A stretch of DNA of 35,795 nt from Octopus bimaculoides. Lineage: Eukaryota. Of the stretch, positions 21,561 through 34,024 are shown one piece after another. The stretch lies in NCBI RefSeq assembly GCF_001194135.2, contig NC_068983.1, forward strand, positions 149,690,771 to 149,726,565. Direction: 5' to 3'. The notes under the pieces are model-generated. The model made no database searches. It was not told the DNA's origin and saw only the letters and a list, made by a program, of their open reading frames with translations. Numbering within the stretch: position 1 is the first letter of the stretch; the number at the start of each line of letters is the position of its first letter. The position numbers and the translations under genes were made by a program.

Positions 21561-22714
21561 TTATTATTTGGGTCCTCAATGTTTAGTGTGCACCTCATAT
21601 TCTTGTGAGGTTCGCTGGTCCAGTGGAGCAGCTTTGGCCGAGGAAATATTCAAACTGGTTGCAATACCATGGTGTTTCAAAGTACTCTTAAACTGGTGAA
21701 CTAGTGTATCATCTGTGTTTTGAACACACACCATCTGAAAAGGTGGATGTATTCTCTACTGGCAAACAAATTTATTATGTTTACGCGCATGCACGCACAT
21801 ATGTAACCATCATTATTGTTTTATGTCCACTTTCCATACTGGCATGGGTTAGATGGGTTGCCATGGTCAGAGTTAGCATGTATTTGAGGGGTATTGCTCA
21901 TCAGATGGGTCAGGTGACCTCAACTTGCCTGTGATTAAGCTTTGGCTTGATTTCTTTGATTGGATGCCAAAAAATGAAAGACAAGGGAGATAAATTTCTC
22001 TGACCTCATGTACGCAAACACAGGTGCACATATAGTCATTCATACATACATACATACATACATATATATATATATGTATGTATGTATGTAAATTTGCTAC
22101 CCACAATAAAGACAGATACAGGTCAGTGGACACATAGAAAGGTGTGCTAGGAATCTTAATCCTAATTTCCTAATTTTCCCCTTCTATCAATGTTCACAGA
22201 ACACCTCAGTACAACAAAGAATGAATAAAGAGGCAACTTTCATCAATAGATATCTTCCACAACTAAATATGAATACATAACATAATACAGAACACTACTA
22301 ACCTTTCAATTAATACCACTAACCCCCATACATCCCATACACCATTCACATTGCAGATCTATATCTACTCTAATTGCATCAAATTCAGAACTACTTACCT
22401 CCCTTACACACAATCTTTTTACTCAGGGACTAGTAGACCTGACATTGTTCAGTATTCGGTGTGCATTCAAAGCGATGATTAGTCCTTTACGAAACTGGTA
22501 TGCTTTTGAATCTCTTTAACAATTCACAATAATGACTTTTATTCCTACTTCAGTTCATCTAATTGTATATATCTATCGTTACTTTTCATAAAAAGCCTTT
22601 AACTTTTTTGATTTCCACTGTGCATTTTTGCTTATTTTTCGTCTTACTTTCCCCTTATATTTCCACGTGTAGTTTCTATTTTGTTTTTGTAACATATTGC
22701 TATGAGATATATAT

Positions 22715-22771
<57 letters not shown>

Positions 22772-22789
22772 AGAAGACTGCACTGGTTT

Positions 22790-22990
22790 GGTCATGCGAT
22801 ACAGATGGATGCTGACAGCTCTATAAAGAAGTGCCAATCTCTCAAAGTAGATGAAACACATGGAAGTGGGAGACCCAGGAAGACATGGAATGAAGTACTG
22901 AAGAACAGCTTTAGGATGCTGAAGCCTTTCAGGCAAAATGATAAAGGACTGAGATGCCTGGCTCCTTGCTGTACTCAGAAAGACCCGTAT
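22790..22990 (+). mobile_element. RTE LINE ORF C-terminal fragment
   Basis: ORF 22805: MDADSSIKKCQSLKVDETHGSGRPRKTWNEV, the same family as 5132-5326. Confidence 0.75.
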
Positions 22991-23584
22991 TCTGCAGCAG
23001 AAATGTATATTGTTTGTTGTTCGAGTGTGTGTGTGTACTGTATGATCTAATAGAAGTGTATGTAGGCGTATGTACTTGTAAGTTTTCAAAGGGGGTGTGT
23101 ATGGGTGTGGAAGAAAGTGAATTAAGAGAATTTTTAGGGTATAAAAGGTAAGGAAATATAAAAATAGATAGAAAATAAGAAATAAGGAGTTATAGGTAAT
23201 ATATTGGTGGTTGTGAGGGTAAATAAAGGGGAATGTCTATGTGGGCAAGGGGAAGTCAGGGAAGGATGTGGGGGTGAGGTGGGGTGGGATTGTTGTTTGT
23301 ATTTTGAGAATAGGTTCCAATTAGCCTATAACTGAACTGGGTCTTAGTTTAACATGTATGCAAGGTTTTGTGAAGATTAGTTTGCTGCTATAAGCACCAA
23401 GATGGTAATAGGCAGATAGACAAAAATTGTCATTTATATATAAGATATATATATATATATATATATGGTTCAAATGTACAGAAAACAAAAGACAAAGACA
23501 GGTGAAGTAACAACAAACAGGTGTATTAATTTGAAGTTCAGGAAGAGTGGAAAAGTTTTTGATGTTTTGAGCATACACTACAGA

Positions 23585-24473
23585 ATATAAGTGTCTTGAG
23601 AGAAAAGTTGGACCTAAGAAGCATCGGATGTGGTGTGCAAGAGAGACGACTGCGCTGGTATGGTCATGTGGTGCGAATGGATGAGGATAGCTGTGTGAAA
23701 AAGTGTCACACCCTAACAGTAGAGGGAACCTGTGGAAGAGGTAGATCCAGGAAGACCTGAGATGAGGTAGTGAAGCATGACCTTCGAACATTAGGCCTCA
23801 TTGAGGCAATGACTAGTGACTGAGACCTTTGGAAATATGCTGTGCTTGAGAAGACCCAGCAAGCCAAGTGAGACCATAACCCGTGGCCTATGCCAGTGGT
23901 GTAACCAGCCCACTTAGGCGTACCTTTCTTTCATTGGACACTAAACTCTGCTTGCGAAGACCTGTTGAGGCAAGTGAAATTGAAATCAAATTCGATGACA
24001 GCACCACATGACTGGCATCCATGCTAGTGGAGCGCTAAGAACACCATCCAAGCGTGATTGTTGCCAGGGCCGCTGACTGGCCCCCATGCCGGTGACATGT
24101 AAAAAGCACCATTTGAGTGTAATCGTTACCAGCATCGCCTTACTGGCACTTGTGCCGGTGGTACGTGAAATACAGCATTCGAGCGAGGGTGTTGCCAGTA
24201 CCGCTGGACTGGCTCCTGTGCAGGTGATGTAAAAAACACCATTTGAGCGTGGCCGTTGCCAGTACCACCTGACTGGCCCTCGTGCCGGTGGCATGTAAAA
24301 GCACCCACTATACTCTCGGAATGGCTGGCATTAGGGAGGGCATCCAGCTGTAGAAACTCTGTCAGATCAGATTGGAGCCTGGTGCAGCCATCTGGCTCAC
24401 CAGTCCCCAGTCAAACCGTCCAACCCATGCCAGCATGGAAAGCGGATGTTAAACAGTGATGATGATGATGATG
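23585..24473 (+). mobile_element. 5'-truncated RTE LINE with full 3'UTR and (GAT)n tail
   Basis: Reads ERRLRWYGHVVRMDEDSCVKKCHTLTVEGTCGRGRSRKT*...AK*, then a tandem-hairpin 3'UTR and a gatgatgatg tail. Confidence 0.9.
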
Positions 24474-24745
24474 TACTATCGGTGCACATTTTGAAGGCAT
24501 TTCCTTCATATAGTGCAATACAAGTCGACCTAGTAGAACCCACCCATCTTTAACAACAACCATGTGTAGAACCTGTTTTCAGTGTAGCAAACTGAGACAA
24601 CCAGGTTCATGTACTTTAATGCAATGCTTGTAGGAGTGGTCACTTCATCACATTAGCTTCACAACTTTTGTACTGTGTAATCTCATGATATTTTTTGCTA
24701 TGTCTCTAAAATGTCTCTTAAGACATTCATTCTACTCTTTTTCAG

Positions 24746-24814
24746 CACTGCATTGAACAACTTTTGAATTACCATATGAACTGCTTTGAAAGCATTGGAT
24801 TCACACACCACCAG
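24746..24814 (+). CDS. GEMIN2: GEMIN2 coding exon 6 (HCIEQLLNYHMNCFESIGFTHHQ)
   Basis: Acceptor ctctttttcAG| and donor CAG|GTAAAT. 69 nt, phase 0-0. Aligns to [23 protein letters not shown]. Confidence 0.9.
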
Positions 24815-24889
24815 GTAAATATTAATAATTCATTATTATCTAGTTGGACACTTTTTTGTATACACGAGACTATTTTTTGTATACATGTT

Positions 24890-25140
24890 GTCCTTGCATA
24901 CAGGCATGTCCCCTACATCCCTCTCCAGCTCATGGGTGCTGGTGCCATGTAAGTGTGCCTTTACCGGAGCTGCATAAAAGCATCCAATACACTCTGTAAG
25001 GTGGTTGGTGTTAGGAAGGTCATCCGGCTGTAGAAACCATGCCAAAACAGACATGGAATCTGACCAGCTCCTGTCAAACTGTCCAACCCATGCCAGCATG
25101 GAAAATGGATGTTAAATGATACTGATGAAATGATGATGAT
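24890..25140 (+). mobile_element. RTE-family 3'-end fragment
   Basis: taggaaggtcatccggctgtagaaac...tgtccaacccatgccagcatggaaaatggatgttaaatgat. Confidence 0.75.
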
Positions 25141-25395
25141 GCTAGTGCACTGTCTTAACTCTGTAGCATTCAGATTACTCTGTTAAATGTAACACATATT
25201 TATTCACATTGAATTAATCATGCATTATCTTGTAGCTTTGAGATTTCAATGATGTGATTATTTATGTTTTGAAGGATATTGTTGGGTACGTGTGAAAGGC
25301 CAGATGTGGCTAGTTTAAACATGGAACAGATGAAATATTTTGGGCCGTATATGACCGGTTTAAATGCTAAAGGGTTAATAAAAGCATGTTGGCAC

Positions 25396-25830
25396 ATCAT
25401 CATCACCATCATCATTTAACAGCTATTTTCCATGCTGGCATGGGTTGGACAGTTTGACAAGAGCTGACCAGCTGAAGGGTTGTTCAGGCTCCCTGTCTGT
25501 TTTGGCATGGTTTCTATTGCTGAACGCTGTTCCTAATGCAAACCACTTTACAAAGTGTACTGGGTGCTTTTATGCAGTACCGGCATGGGTGCTTTTTATG
25601 TGACACCAGCTTGCAAGATTAGAGTGCTTGCAAGATTAGGGTTGCTCAGCTGGCATGGGTTGTAGGAGACAAGCTGTATGCAAGGGCAACCATGCTTTTA
25701 CTTAACTTGATATGTCTTTTCAAGTACAGCAAACCGCCAGGAGTCTTGGTTCCCTGTCATCTCCTTTGTGAGTCACCTTCAACAAGACACCCTTTCCTAT
25801 CTTTCTATCAACATTTGGCATAAGTCACCT
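25396..25830 (-). mobile_element. RTE-family 3' fragment, degenerate
   Basis: (CAT)n followed by tttaacagctattttccatgctggcatgggttggacagtttgac... Confidence 0.75.
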
Positions 25831-25899
25831 CCTGCAATACCACACCCTCCTCAGTCAAAGGGTCGTGTTTTTGATTACTTGGTGACCATAATAGTGACA

Positions 25900-26046
25900 C
25901 AAAAAAGCACTCAATACACTCTGTAAATGGTTAGCATTAGGAAGGGCACCCAGCTGTAGAAACCACAGAGTCCTTTGGCTTGTTGGGTCCTATCAAATTA
26001 TCTAACTCATGCCAGTATGGAATATGGACATTAAGTGATGATGATG
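25900..26046 (+). mobile_element. RTE-family 3'-end fragment
   Basis: ttaggaagggcacccagctgtagaaac...catgccagtatggaatatggacattaagtgatgatgatg. Confidence 0.7.
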
Positions 26047-26111
26047 GTGTTTTTTTATACTTAATGTTTACTTTTCTAATTTATTTTGTGACGTATTTGT
26101 TTCTATTGCAG

Positions 26112-26222
26112 GGTCAGTGGATTTTTGCATTATTAACCTGTCTACAGAAACCTCTTACTCCAGAAGCTTGTTCTGCCATAAGGAATTTGGCAAGGATTTG
26201 TGCTCGACTACGGGCATTGATG
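26112..26222 (+). CDS. GEMIN2: GEMIN2 coding exon 7 (GQWIFALLTCLQKPLTPEACSAIRNLARICARLRALM)
   Basis: Acceptor ttctattgcAG| and donor ATG|GTATGT. 111 nt. Strong match to [30 protein letters not shown]. Confidence 0.96.
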
Positions 26223-27910
26223 GTATGTTAATCTGATAATATTACTTCCCAATTTGGGCTTTTCACACAAGTACATTACTAGAATTGCTATTATAATTAA
26301 GAAAATTGTAATGTAGTTAGCCCAGTTTATAATGTTTACACTGTAGAAAGCAAACAAATGTGAATACATTTTATTAACCTCCAATCCCAGTGGAAAACAA
26401 GAGAGATTATCTTGATATGTTTCATTTCTTATCGGCCACTTTTTTAGAGGACATGTACTCCTCATACCTCTGCCTACAAAGAGAAATAAATAGTATACAC
26501 TATTTAAGTCAAATACAAACTAGGACATGTTTGAAATGGTTTTAGATTAATTTGCCCTGTGTGTATTTATCAGATATATTTAAATAATTGATAAGTATTT
26601 TATGCTTCTATTTTATTCTACTTTATTCTAATATTTGATAATCCAGTCTCTTTGTTCCCTTTCCCTCTCACTTGTTTCCATTTACCAATCAAATTTTCTT
26701 TCTCATTCAATGATGTGCACAAAACCTTTACTTTTCTCTTATGTCTGTCTAGAAAGTGTGAGTCCTGATGTATGTCTATGTGGTGCTTGTTTTTGTATTA
26801 TTTTGTTTGGATTAATTGTTAATTCTTTAGCTATTGAAATTGTTAATTGTAGTAAGAGAATATAGTTGTAAAGTCTTTTACTCCAATAAATTTTTCCCTC
26901 TTTAAGATGGCAGTGTATAGTTTGAAATGTACTCTACTTGAAATAAGTGCTGAGGTATAGATACTATTGTTGTCCTATGAAGTCCATCTTGACTGCCTCT
27001 GTTGTAGCCACCACACGAAGAAACCTTTATGCAGTTGTCAGGCCTGCTAGAAATAGTATTCAAGTTCCATGCAAAATCACATCCTATCATCTTGAAAATG
27101 GAAAGACATATTGGATAATGTAGTCATAGATACACTCCATCTGAAACAACTGAACTGCCTTTGAGTATAGGTCTACTCAATCAAGACTGACCTGGAGGCT
27201 AAACAACAAAAATAACCAGATATCCACAGACCTATAAAAAGAAACAGGGCAGTGGAGAAAATGCAGTATATCCAAGTTACCACACCGTACTCCACATATT
27301 AAACTTTTTCATGTTGGAATAACCAGTATAATCCTTTATTAGACAGAGACATGCATATCTAAAGTATTGAAATTGTGCTTTAGTGACTGTCTACTTGCTA
27401 TGATCAGGGCTGACTAGAAAAGTGGTTACTCAATGACAGTAACTAATAAAAAAAAATATATTTTAATCTACACTAATAGATGATGTAAAATTGCTTGTTA
27501 TTAGCTAATTTAGAAAAAGATTCTTTTAGATATTGATTTCTTTTTGAATAATGACAAAACCAGTTATTTTAGGAGGTAACGTTATAGTTAAATGAATTGA
27601 GCTTAGTATGACCAAGTGCTTATTTTAGTCAACTTGCAGTGATGACAAAGTTGCTCATGAACAGATGAGAAAATGATAATAATAGCAAAAAAAATATTTT
27701 CTTTTTGGTATGGCAGTTGAGGGCTTATATTTCAAAGGAATGGGAATGGAAAATTAAGACTTACATGCCTTTCTCAAGAATATTAGCAAAAAAAATACTG
27801 ATTATGACTTTGATATAATATTTTGTTGTTTTCAAATAAAAGAAGATATTTAAAAAAAAAATCTACATCAGAAATTTTAAAACATTGCAATATCTATTTT
27901 TCTTTTACAG

Positions 27911-28003
27911 AACAGCACTACAGATCCTCATCTCACTCCATTGAACCTCATTATCTGTCTTGTGTGCCAATATTTTGAACAGAAAGATCTCATCAGCAGT
28001 TAA
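27911..28003 (+). CDS. GEMIN2: GEMIN2 terminal coding exon 8 (NSTTDPHLTPLNLIICLVCQYFEQKDLISS*)
   Basis: Acceptor tctttttctttt acAG| with stop TAA at 28001-28003. LNLIICLVCQYFEQKDL matches the Gemin2 C-terminus LNLLICLVSRYFDQRDL. The exons sum to 753 nt (250 aa plus stop). Confidence 0.95.
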   Translation, partial: NSTTDPHLTPLNLIICLVCQYFEQKDLISS

Positions 28004-28446
28004 AACAAGAGAGATTTCATTAACAGAAAAGATTGCAAAGATATCTTAACAGCAGCTAATGATTTAACTTATGATTTGAAAGTTAATTTACACTAATTAG
28101 ACTTTTGCTGGCTCAGCTTCTTTAGAAGAAATATTGGACTGTATATAACAAACCAATCACCTTGTTTATCAACTTGCAGCATAACTCAGTGTTTCCTCAG
28201 GCTGTCTATGATTTTTGCAAGTTCATTTCAAAGAGACTTCCATTCTGTATTTTTCATTCATTAGTTGATAAACAAAGGTTTTCTCTTTTATTGCTGTCTT
28301 TATTATTGTTGTTGATACATAGTTTGATCAAACTTATGATCAAAACCAATTCACCCATGACCAGATCATTTTTTTCTTTATCTAAGAATTTAAAATATCT
28401 GCTGGAGTAGGTTATAGCCTAGTTACCCGTATAGTTAAACCAGGTT

Positions 28447-29390
28447 GTCCACAAGAGAGTCATACTCAATGATTGGTGTAGCAGCATTTATAGTCAACTG
28501 CTACAAAGGCAAAGGTGACGCTTTAGACAGGAATAATTACAGAGACATCATATTGCTGGACCAGGTGATGAAAGTCACAGGAAGGGTCATAGCTCAATTA
28601 ATTAGGAAGAAAGTTAGTACAGATGACATGCAATTCAGATTTGTGCCTGACAGGAGCCTGACTGATGCTATATTCTTGGTTAGGCAACTGCAGGAGAAAT
28701 ATCTAGCCAAAAAGGAACCCCTGTACCTGGCTTTTGTTGACATGTAGAAAGTCTTTGACAGAGAACCCCGCTCCCTTATCTGATGATCAATGCAGAAGCT
28801 AGGGATAGATGAGTAGTTGGTGAGAGTTGTACAAGCCATGTACAGGGATGCTGTCAGTAAGGTGAAGGTTAGCAACAAGTATATTGATGAATTCAGAGTA
28901 CAAGTAGGGGTCCACTAAGGATCAGTCCTTAGTCCCCTCCAAGTCATCATAGTCCTCCAGACAATGACAGAGGAATTTAAGACAGGCTGCCCTTGGGAGC
29001 TCCTGTATGCTGGTGACCTTGTTCTTATAGCTGAACCACTACCAGTACTAGAGAATGGTCATGTGATGCGTATGGATGAGAACAGCTGTGAGAAGAAGTG
29101 CCAATTTCTAATTGTGGAGGGAACCTGTAGAAGAGGTAGACCCAGAAAGACATGGAACAAAGCGGTGTAGCATGATCTTCGAATGTTGGACTTCATGGTG
29201 GCAATGACAAGTGACTGAGACCTTTAGTGATATGCAGTGCTAAGTGAAATCACCGTCATGGCTGATGGCAGTGTCTTGTAACTGACACTTGTGCCAGTGG
29301 CATGTAAAAAGCACCCTTCAAATGTCAGGTGATATTCTGTGCTTGAAAAGACCTATCAAGCCAAGTGAAATCATAGCTGATGCCATTGTT
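28447..29390 (+). pseudogene. Internally deleted RTE LINE: RT domain joined to ORF C-terminus
   Basis: CYKGKGDALDRNNYRDI.LLDQVMK...QFRFVP.RS.TDAIFLVRQLQEKY...LAFVD...KVFD...GVH*GSVLSPL...LLYAGDLVL joins directly to GHVMRMDENSC...GRPRKTW. Confidence 0.85.
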
Positions 29391-29960
29391 GTGTAACTAG
29401 CACCTGTGCAGTCTGGCATTGTCATAATGAAAAACAGTGCCTTTACTATTAGCAAGTCCCGGACGCTTATGGTGGATTGTTGCATTTAATTTGTCCAGCT
29501 TGTCACCATACACATCCGAACCAGTGGCCCTGCTCATTAGAAGAAGCTCGTAACAGTCAATACTCTTCCAATCCCATGACATTGGAAACATAACTTTCTT
29601 CGAGTGAAGTTCTGTTTTGAAGCTTGTCTGTGGTGTTTCACTGCTCTTCTTCCATGATTGTTTGCACTTCATATTGTTATAGATGACGACTAACTCCATT
29701 TTGTTGCTGTTAACCTCAGATAGCTGGCCAGAGTGAGGTGCATCTTGAATCAAAAAATTTCCTGATCGAAATCGTCAGAACCACTTCTGGCACACATGTT
29801 TCATAACAGTATTCTCTCCGTACACAGCACTTATCTTCTTGCAGGTTTCTGCCACTTTCTAACCATTTTTGAAATAAGAAAAAGCACGTGATGTCGATAA
29901 CGCTCATTTTGGTTCTCCATTTTCAGGGTGGTCTGAAACACACAAAATACTACTTGTCGC
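29391..29960 (-). pseudogene. mariner transposase remnant
   Basis: Minus ORF ...ELHSKKVM...WDWK...YELL...LDKLNATIHHKRPGLANSKGTVFHYDNARLH matches the mariner LHPKKVML...WD..G..YYELL...FHHDNARPH motifs. Confidence 0.85.
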
Positions 29961-30449
29961 AAGATTGTGTCAAACTACATTGAAGTATCAAATCTCAAAT
30001 GAGTGCCCGTACACAGCGGTAAAACTGAAGTTAGCTACTTATTAGTACTTGAAGTTTAGTACCAACAAAAACCAAATGGCCTTTTTGATTAGCCCAATAG
30101 ATAGCCTGTCAATCCATATTAGCCCATTCCCCCAAATGTTTAAAAAAAAAGTCCAGATATTATCTCAGTTGTCATCTGGAAGAGTCCACTCGTCTACTAA
30201 CATATATTGGACTTCTGTAACAAGGAAAGAAACCAACTGCATTCTTGAAATCTACATTTATTCTCCTTAAAAAAAAAACTGTGATCATCTGCCTTAAAGT
30301 TACTGAGGAATTAAACCCCAACCTCTTGCTTAAAAAAAATTACAACTCTATGCTGCTTAATCACATTGATTCCATTTTAAGATGGAACCAAAATAGCTTC
30401 TGCTAGAACTTTGCCCTAAGAAGAATTATAGGAGAGCTCAGGATTTCCC

Positions 30450-31900
30450 AGAAAAAGTTTTCAATTGTATTTGTGGATTCCTCCAAAGCATTTGTTAGTG
30501 TCAACAGAAAGACCATGTTACATATCCTGCTGAACTATGGTATTCCAGATGAAATTATCAACGCTGTCACCATCATGTACTAAACCCCATCAAACTTTGT
30601 GAAAAGCATAGATGATCGAAGAGTTTCCAACAATAGCAGGAATCCCTCAGGGAGACGGACAACATCCTTGAGCAAAGTCTCGATTCTATTCAAGACAAAG
30701 GCTTCACCATTTAGCAGAAGTAATTCAGACGTCAATAGAGCATGTATCTCTTTGATTTTGATTATGATCTTACTCTCACAGCTCATCAACAGTGTTGCAT
30801 ACAAGATTTGTTAACATCCCTTAAGAATGCCTTAGCCAAAGTTTGTTTCTCAATACAAAGAAGATTGAATATATATGACCATCAATGAAGATGAAGACAA
30901 CCAGTCCCAGACTGGATGTCGACAGACTCAAAGACAACGTTCTCAGCAAGACTTATTTACTGCAGTTTGGGTCTGAGCTATGTAGTGCTGGTCCCTTGAC
31001 TGGAACTGTAGGGATATGGGAAACTTACAAGGACATGCTGTTATTGGCTGCTAGAGGTTGTATGGCTTTCAAAAAAGGGTCAGGAGATGTGATCTTTACC
31101 GGGAGACCCTCACATTGGTGGTGTGCAGCAGCAGGGCGAGGTTAGGTGGGGTCCCCCATGATTTATTTCGGGGACTGAGATGTGTGGTAGTCAGAACACA
31201 AAGAAAAGCAGGTTTGTGGAATTTCTGAGGAGGTCGAGAGTCAACTTCATACTCCTGACTCGTGTACTGTCTACAGAAGAATTATTATGCTTAGGTGGGC
31301 AGAGCCTCCCACTCAGTACTCTGGAGTCTTTGACTATGATGAAGCGCTCCCAATGGAGGAGCTCAAGGTGGTGGATCGCTAGGCATTGTACTTTGAAGAG
31401 TTGTATAAGGTAGACCAACCTAGTACTGTTCTGAATTCTGTGATGCCGTCAGCCCGAGTGACTAACTTGCCAATCAGCTGTGATCTGCCATCCTTAGGTG
31501 AGGTTTGTATGGTGGTAAAACAGCTGACTACACTCAGAAACTGGGAGGCTCTTGTTACTTATATGGTTAATGGACATTTTAGGCTGTTTGGTAATTTTGC
31601 TCAATTTTCCATGTTGGATCCTGCATACCATCTCCTCTTCTCTGATGATCCAGTTGGGGTGACAGCTTGTGTTGGCTGGTTACATGCCTCATGATAAGTG
31701 CAGATGAGGAAATGTTTCACAGAAATGGGAACTGACTGGTACATTGCTCAGAGTGTTGCCTGGGATGACCTGAGCAGATACTGACAGACGGTGGATGCAG
31801 TGATGCGCTGCAATGGTGCATACTTCCAAACTTGACCTGAATGAAGATGAAAGGCACTGGCCAATTTATTCCAATGATGGTATATAACTCAAGGAGGCCA
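30450..31900 (+). pseudogene. Highly decayed, rearranged LINE (RTE-like) fragments
   Basis: FVDSSKAFVSV.RKTMLHILLNYGIPDEII.AVTIMY resembles FVDxxKAFDSV...L..YGIP. YFEELYKV...PSLGEV...VKQL resembles an RT linker. Confidence 0.55.
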
Positions 31901-32121
31901 ATGCAATGATCTAACCTAGAGTGTTTGTAATAAGCTTAAAAACATCTAGCAATCACAGTAAAGCTTGCCTTTTTCAGGGCATTTACAGAAAACATTCTCT
32001 ATAGAACTGAAACTTGAACTAAGAAGGGGCTTCAAGTTCATGTTGATGTTACATAAACCAGTATTCTCATGGGGCTGGGGGTTCAAAACATTACAAGTGA
32101 GTGCAAGGCCAAAGATCTCTT

Positions 32122-32650
32122 TTACTTGTTTCAGTCATTTGACTGTGGCCATGATGGAGCACCGCCTTTAGTCGAGCNNNNNNNNNNNNNNNNNNNNNNN
32201 NNNNNNNNNNNNNNNNNNNNNNNNNNNNNNNNNNNNNNNNNNNNNNNNNNNNNNNNNNNNNNNNNNNNNNNNNNNNNNNNNNNNNNNNNNNNNNNNNNNN
32301 NNNNNNNNNNNNNNNNNNNNNNNNNNNNNNNNNNNNNNNNNNNNNNNNNNNNNNNNNNNNNNNNNNNNNNNNNNNNNNNNNNNNNNNNNNNNNNNNNNNN
32401 NNNNNNNNNNNNNNNNNNNNNNNNNNNNNNNNNNNNNNNNNNNNNNNNNNNNNNNNNNNNNNNNNNNNNNNNNNNNATATATATATATATACGACGGGCT
32501 TCTTTTAGTTTCCGTCTACCAAATCCACTCACAAAGCTTTGGTCGGCCCGAGGCTATAGTAGAAGACACTTGCTCAAGGTGCCATGAAGTGGAACTGAAC
32601 CCGGAACTATGCGGTTGGTAAGCAAGCTACTTACGACACAGCCACTCCTA
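32122..32650 (-). mobile_element. SINE family A spanning an assembly gap
   Basis: Both ends match the reverse complement of 9914-10557. The central microsatellite is unresolved (N 32178-32476). Confidence 0.88.
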
Positions 32651-33099
32651 ATCGCATCAATTTTATTAAATTTATCAATCACGAAACACACCTTTATTAC
32701 TCCATATGCGTGCTATTGTTTTTACTTTCTTAGAAGTTGTGATATTCAATACGTCTAAATTTCGTTCTCTTTCATTCTATTTCTCTCTCCCTTCTCTCTC
32801 TCCCCCTTTTCTCTCTTTCTTTCGACCGTACGCATGACAGAATGCGTATGATCATAATTTCCTCCCCTGCTCAGAGCAGATCATGAAGGAGTCAAAAACA
32901 AGAATAGCAAGGCACACGGAAATCAAATTTTTGTAGTTCTTTGGGTGTACTCAGTTTTGTTTAGAACAGGATATATCAGGATATATCAGCCTCACGCACT
33001 TGCAAGTACATTCGCGCGCGCGCACGCACACACATACAATAAAGAGGGTGTAAGAAGATATATTTAATTCAAAGACATCACTGAAGCAATATACAATAT

Positions 33100-33400
33100 A
33101 GAGGAATGACATCACCTATATCTGTCGAATAGCAACATAGGTCAGTGAAAACCTGAACCAGTCAGTAACTAACACTGATACATTACAATGTGTTTTCATT
33201 AGATATAACAACACGCTGGTACTTTCACACTATATTAAATATAGCAGTCTAACTCTTTCCGAAAAGTTTTGGGATGTGTTAATTTCAGCAACAGAAAATC
33301 ATGTCATTAAAGAAAATAACCAATCTTCATTGTAACTCTATATCTGAGAAGCAAATATATTTGTTAAAACATTTCACACTTTTGTGACAGGAAAAAATGT
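33100..33400 (+). pseudogene. Possible Penelope-like (GIY-YIG) C-terminal remnant
   Basis: Frameshifted RYNNH...TF and ...LTLSEKFWD and ...CNSISEKQIYL resemble the RYxNH..SF / TxLSKYIW / CxLCxxEKxxI motifs of Penelope endonucleases. Confidence 0.4.
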
Positions 33401-33827
33401 TTAAATACAACAGTCTACAGTACACTGGATATTTTCTTTAGCAAAATACATGGTGAGTAAAAATTTTGAAACAAATTATAATTACTTGTACCCTCAATAA
33501 TGTTTGTGCGCATATAAATATGTATGTACAGACATCCTCGTAGAACATAAACACAGACACACATGCAAACGTACATATATTGTCAACCTCAGGATTACAG
33601 AGGCACATTTGTAGAATAACACCTAACCTGAACCGCGGTAATAAGCTAGACGCCTGGAAACTCATTGACTGCTTCCAAGAGCATTAACCAGCAGTAGCCA
33701 ACGTTAAGAAGAAGAAGAAAAAAAAGTGTCTGATAAATAGTCTGATGAATCTGTTACGAAAGCGCTCACGAAGTAAACTAAAACATCCATCAACAAGCTC
33801 ACTCCAGGTTCCATGCCATATGTAGCG

Positions 33828-33828
<1 letters not shown>

Positions 33829-33917
<89 letters not shown>

Positions 33918-33918
33918 C
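33829..33918. repeat. (TCTA)n / (GATA)n microsatellite
   Basis: Uninterrupted tatc repeats, read directly. Confidence 0.97.
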
Positions 33919-34024
33919 CTACCTTCCTACCTACTTTTACACCCCTAAACCTCCTACAGAAAATTAAGCCTCCTTATACCTTCTTGTATGTTACTATCGT
34001 TTGTTACCTTTTATATTATATATA

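Noticed and set aside
24055-24300. Hairpin repeats with variable intervals resembling a CRISPR or attC array
   Set aside because: The intervals are homologous to one another and the array is part of a multi-copy LINE 3'UTR.
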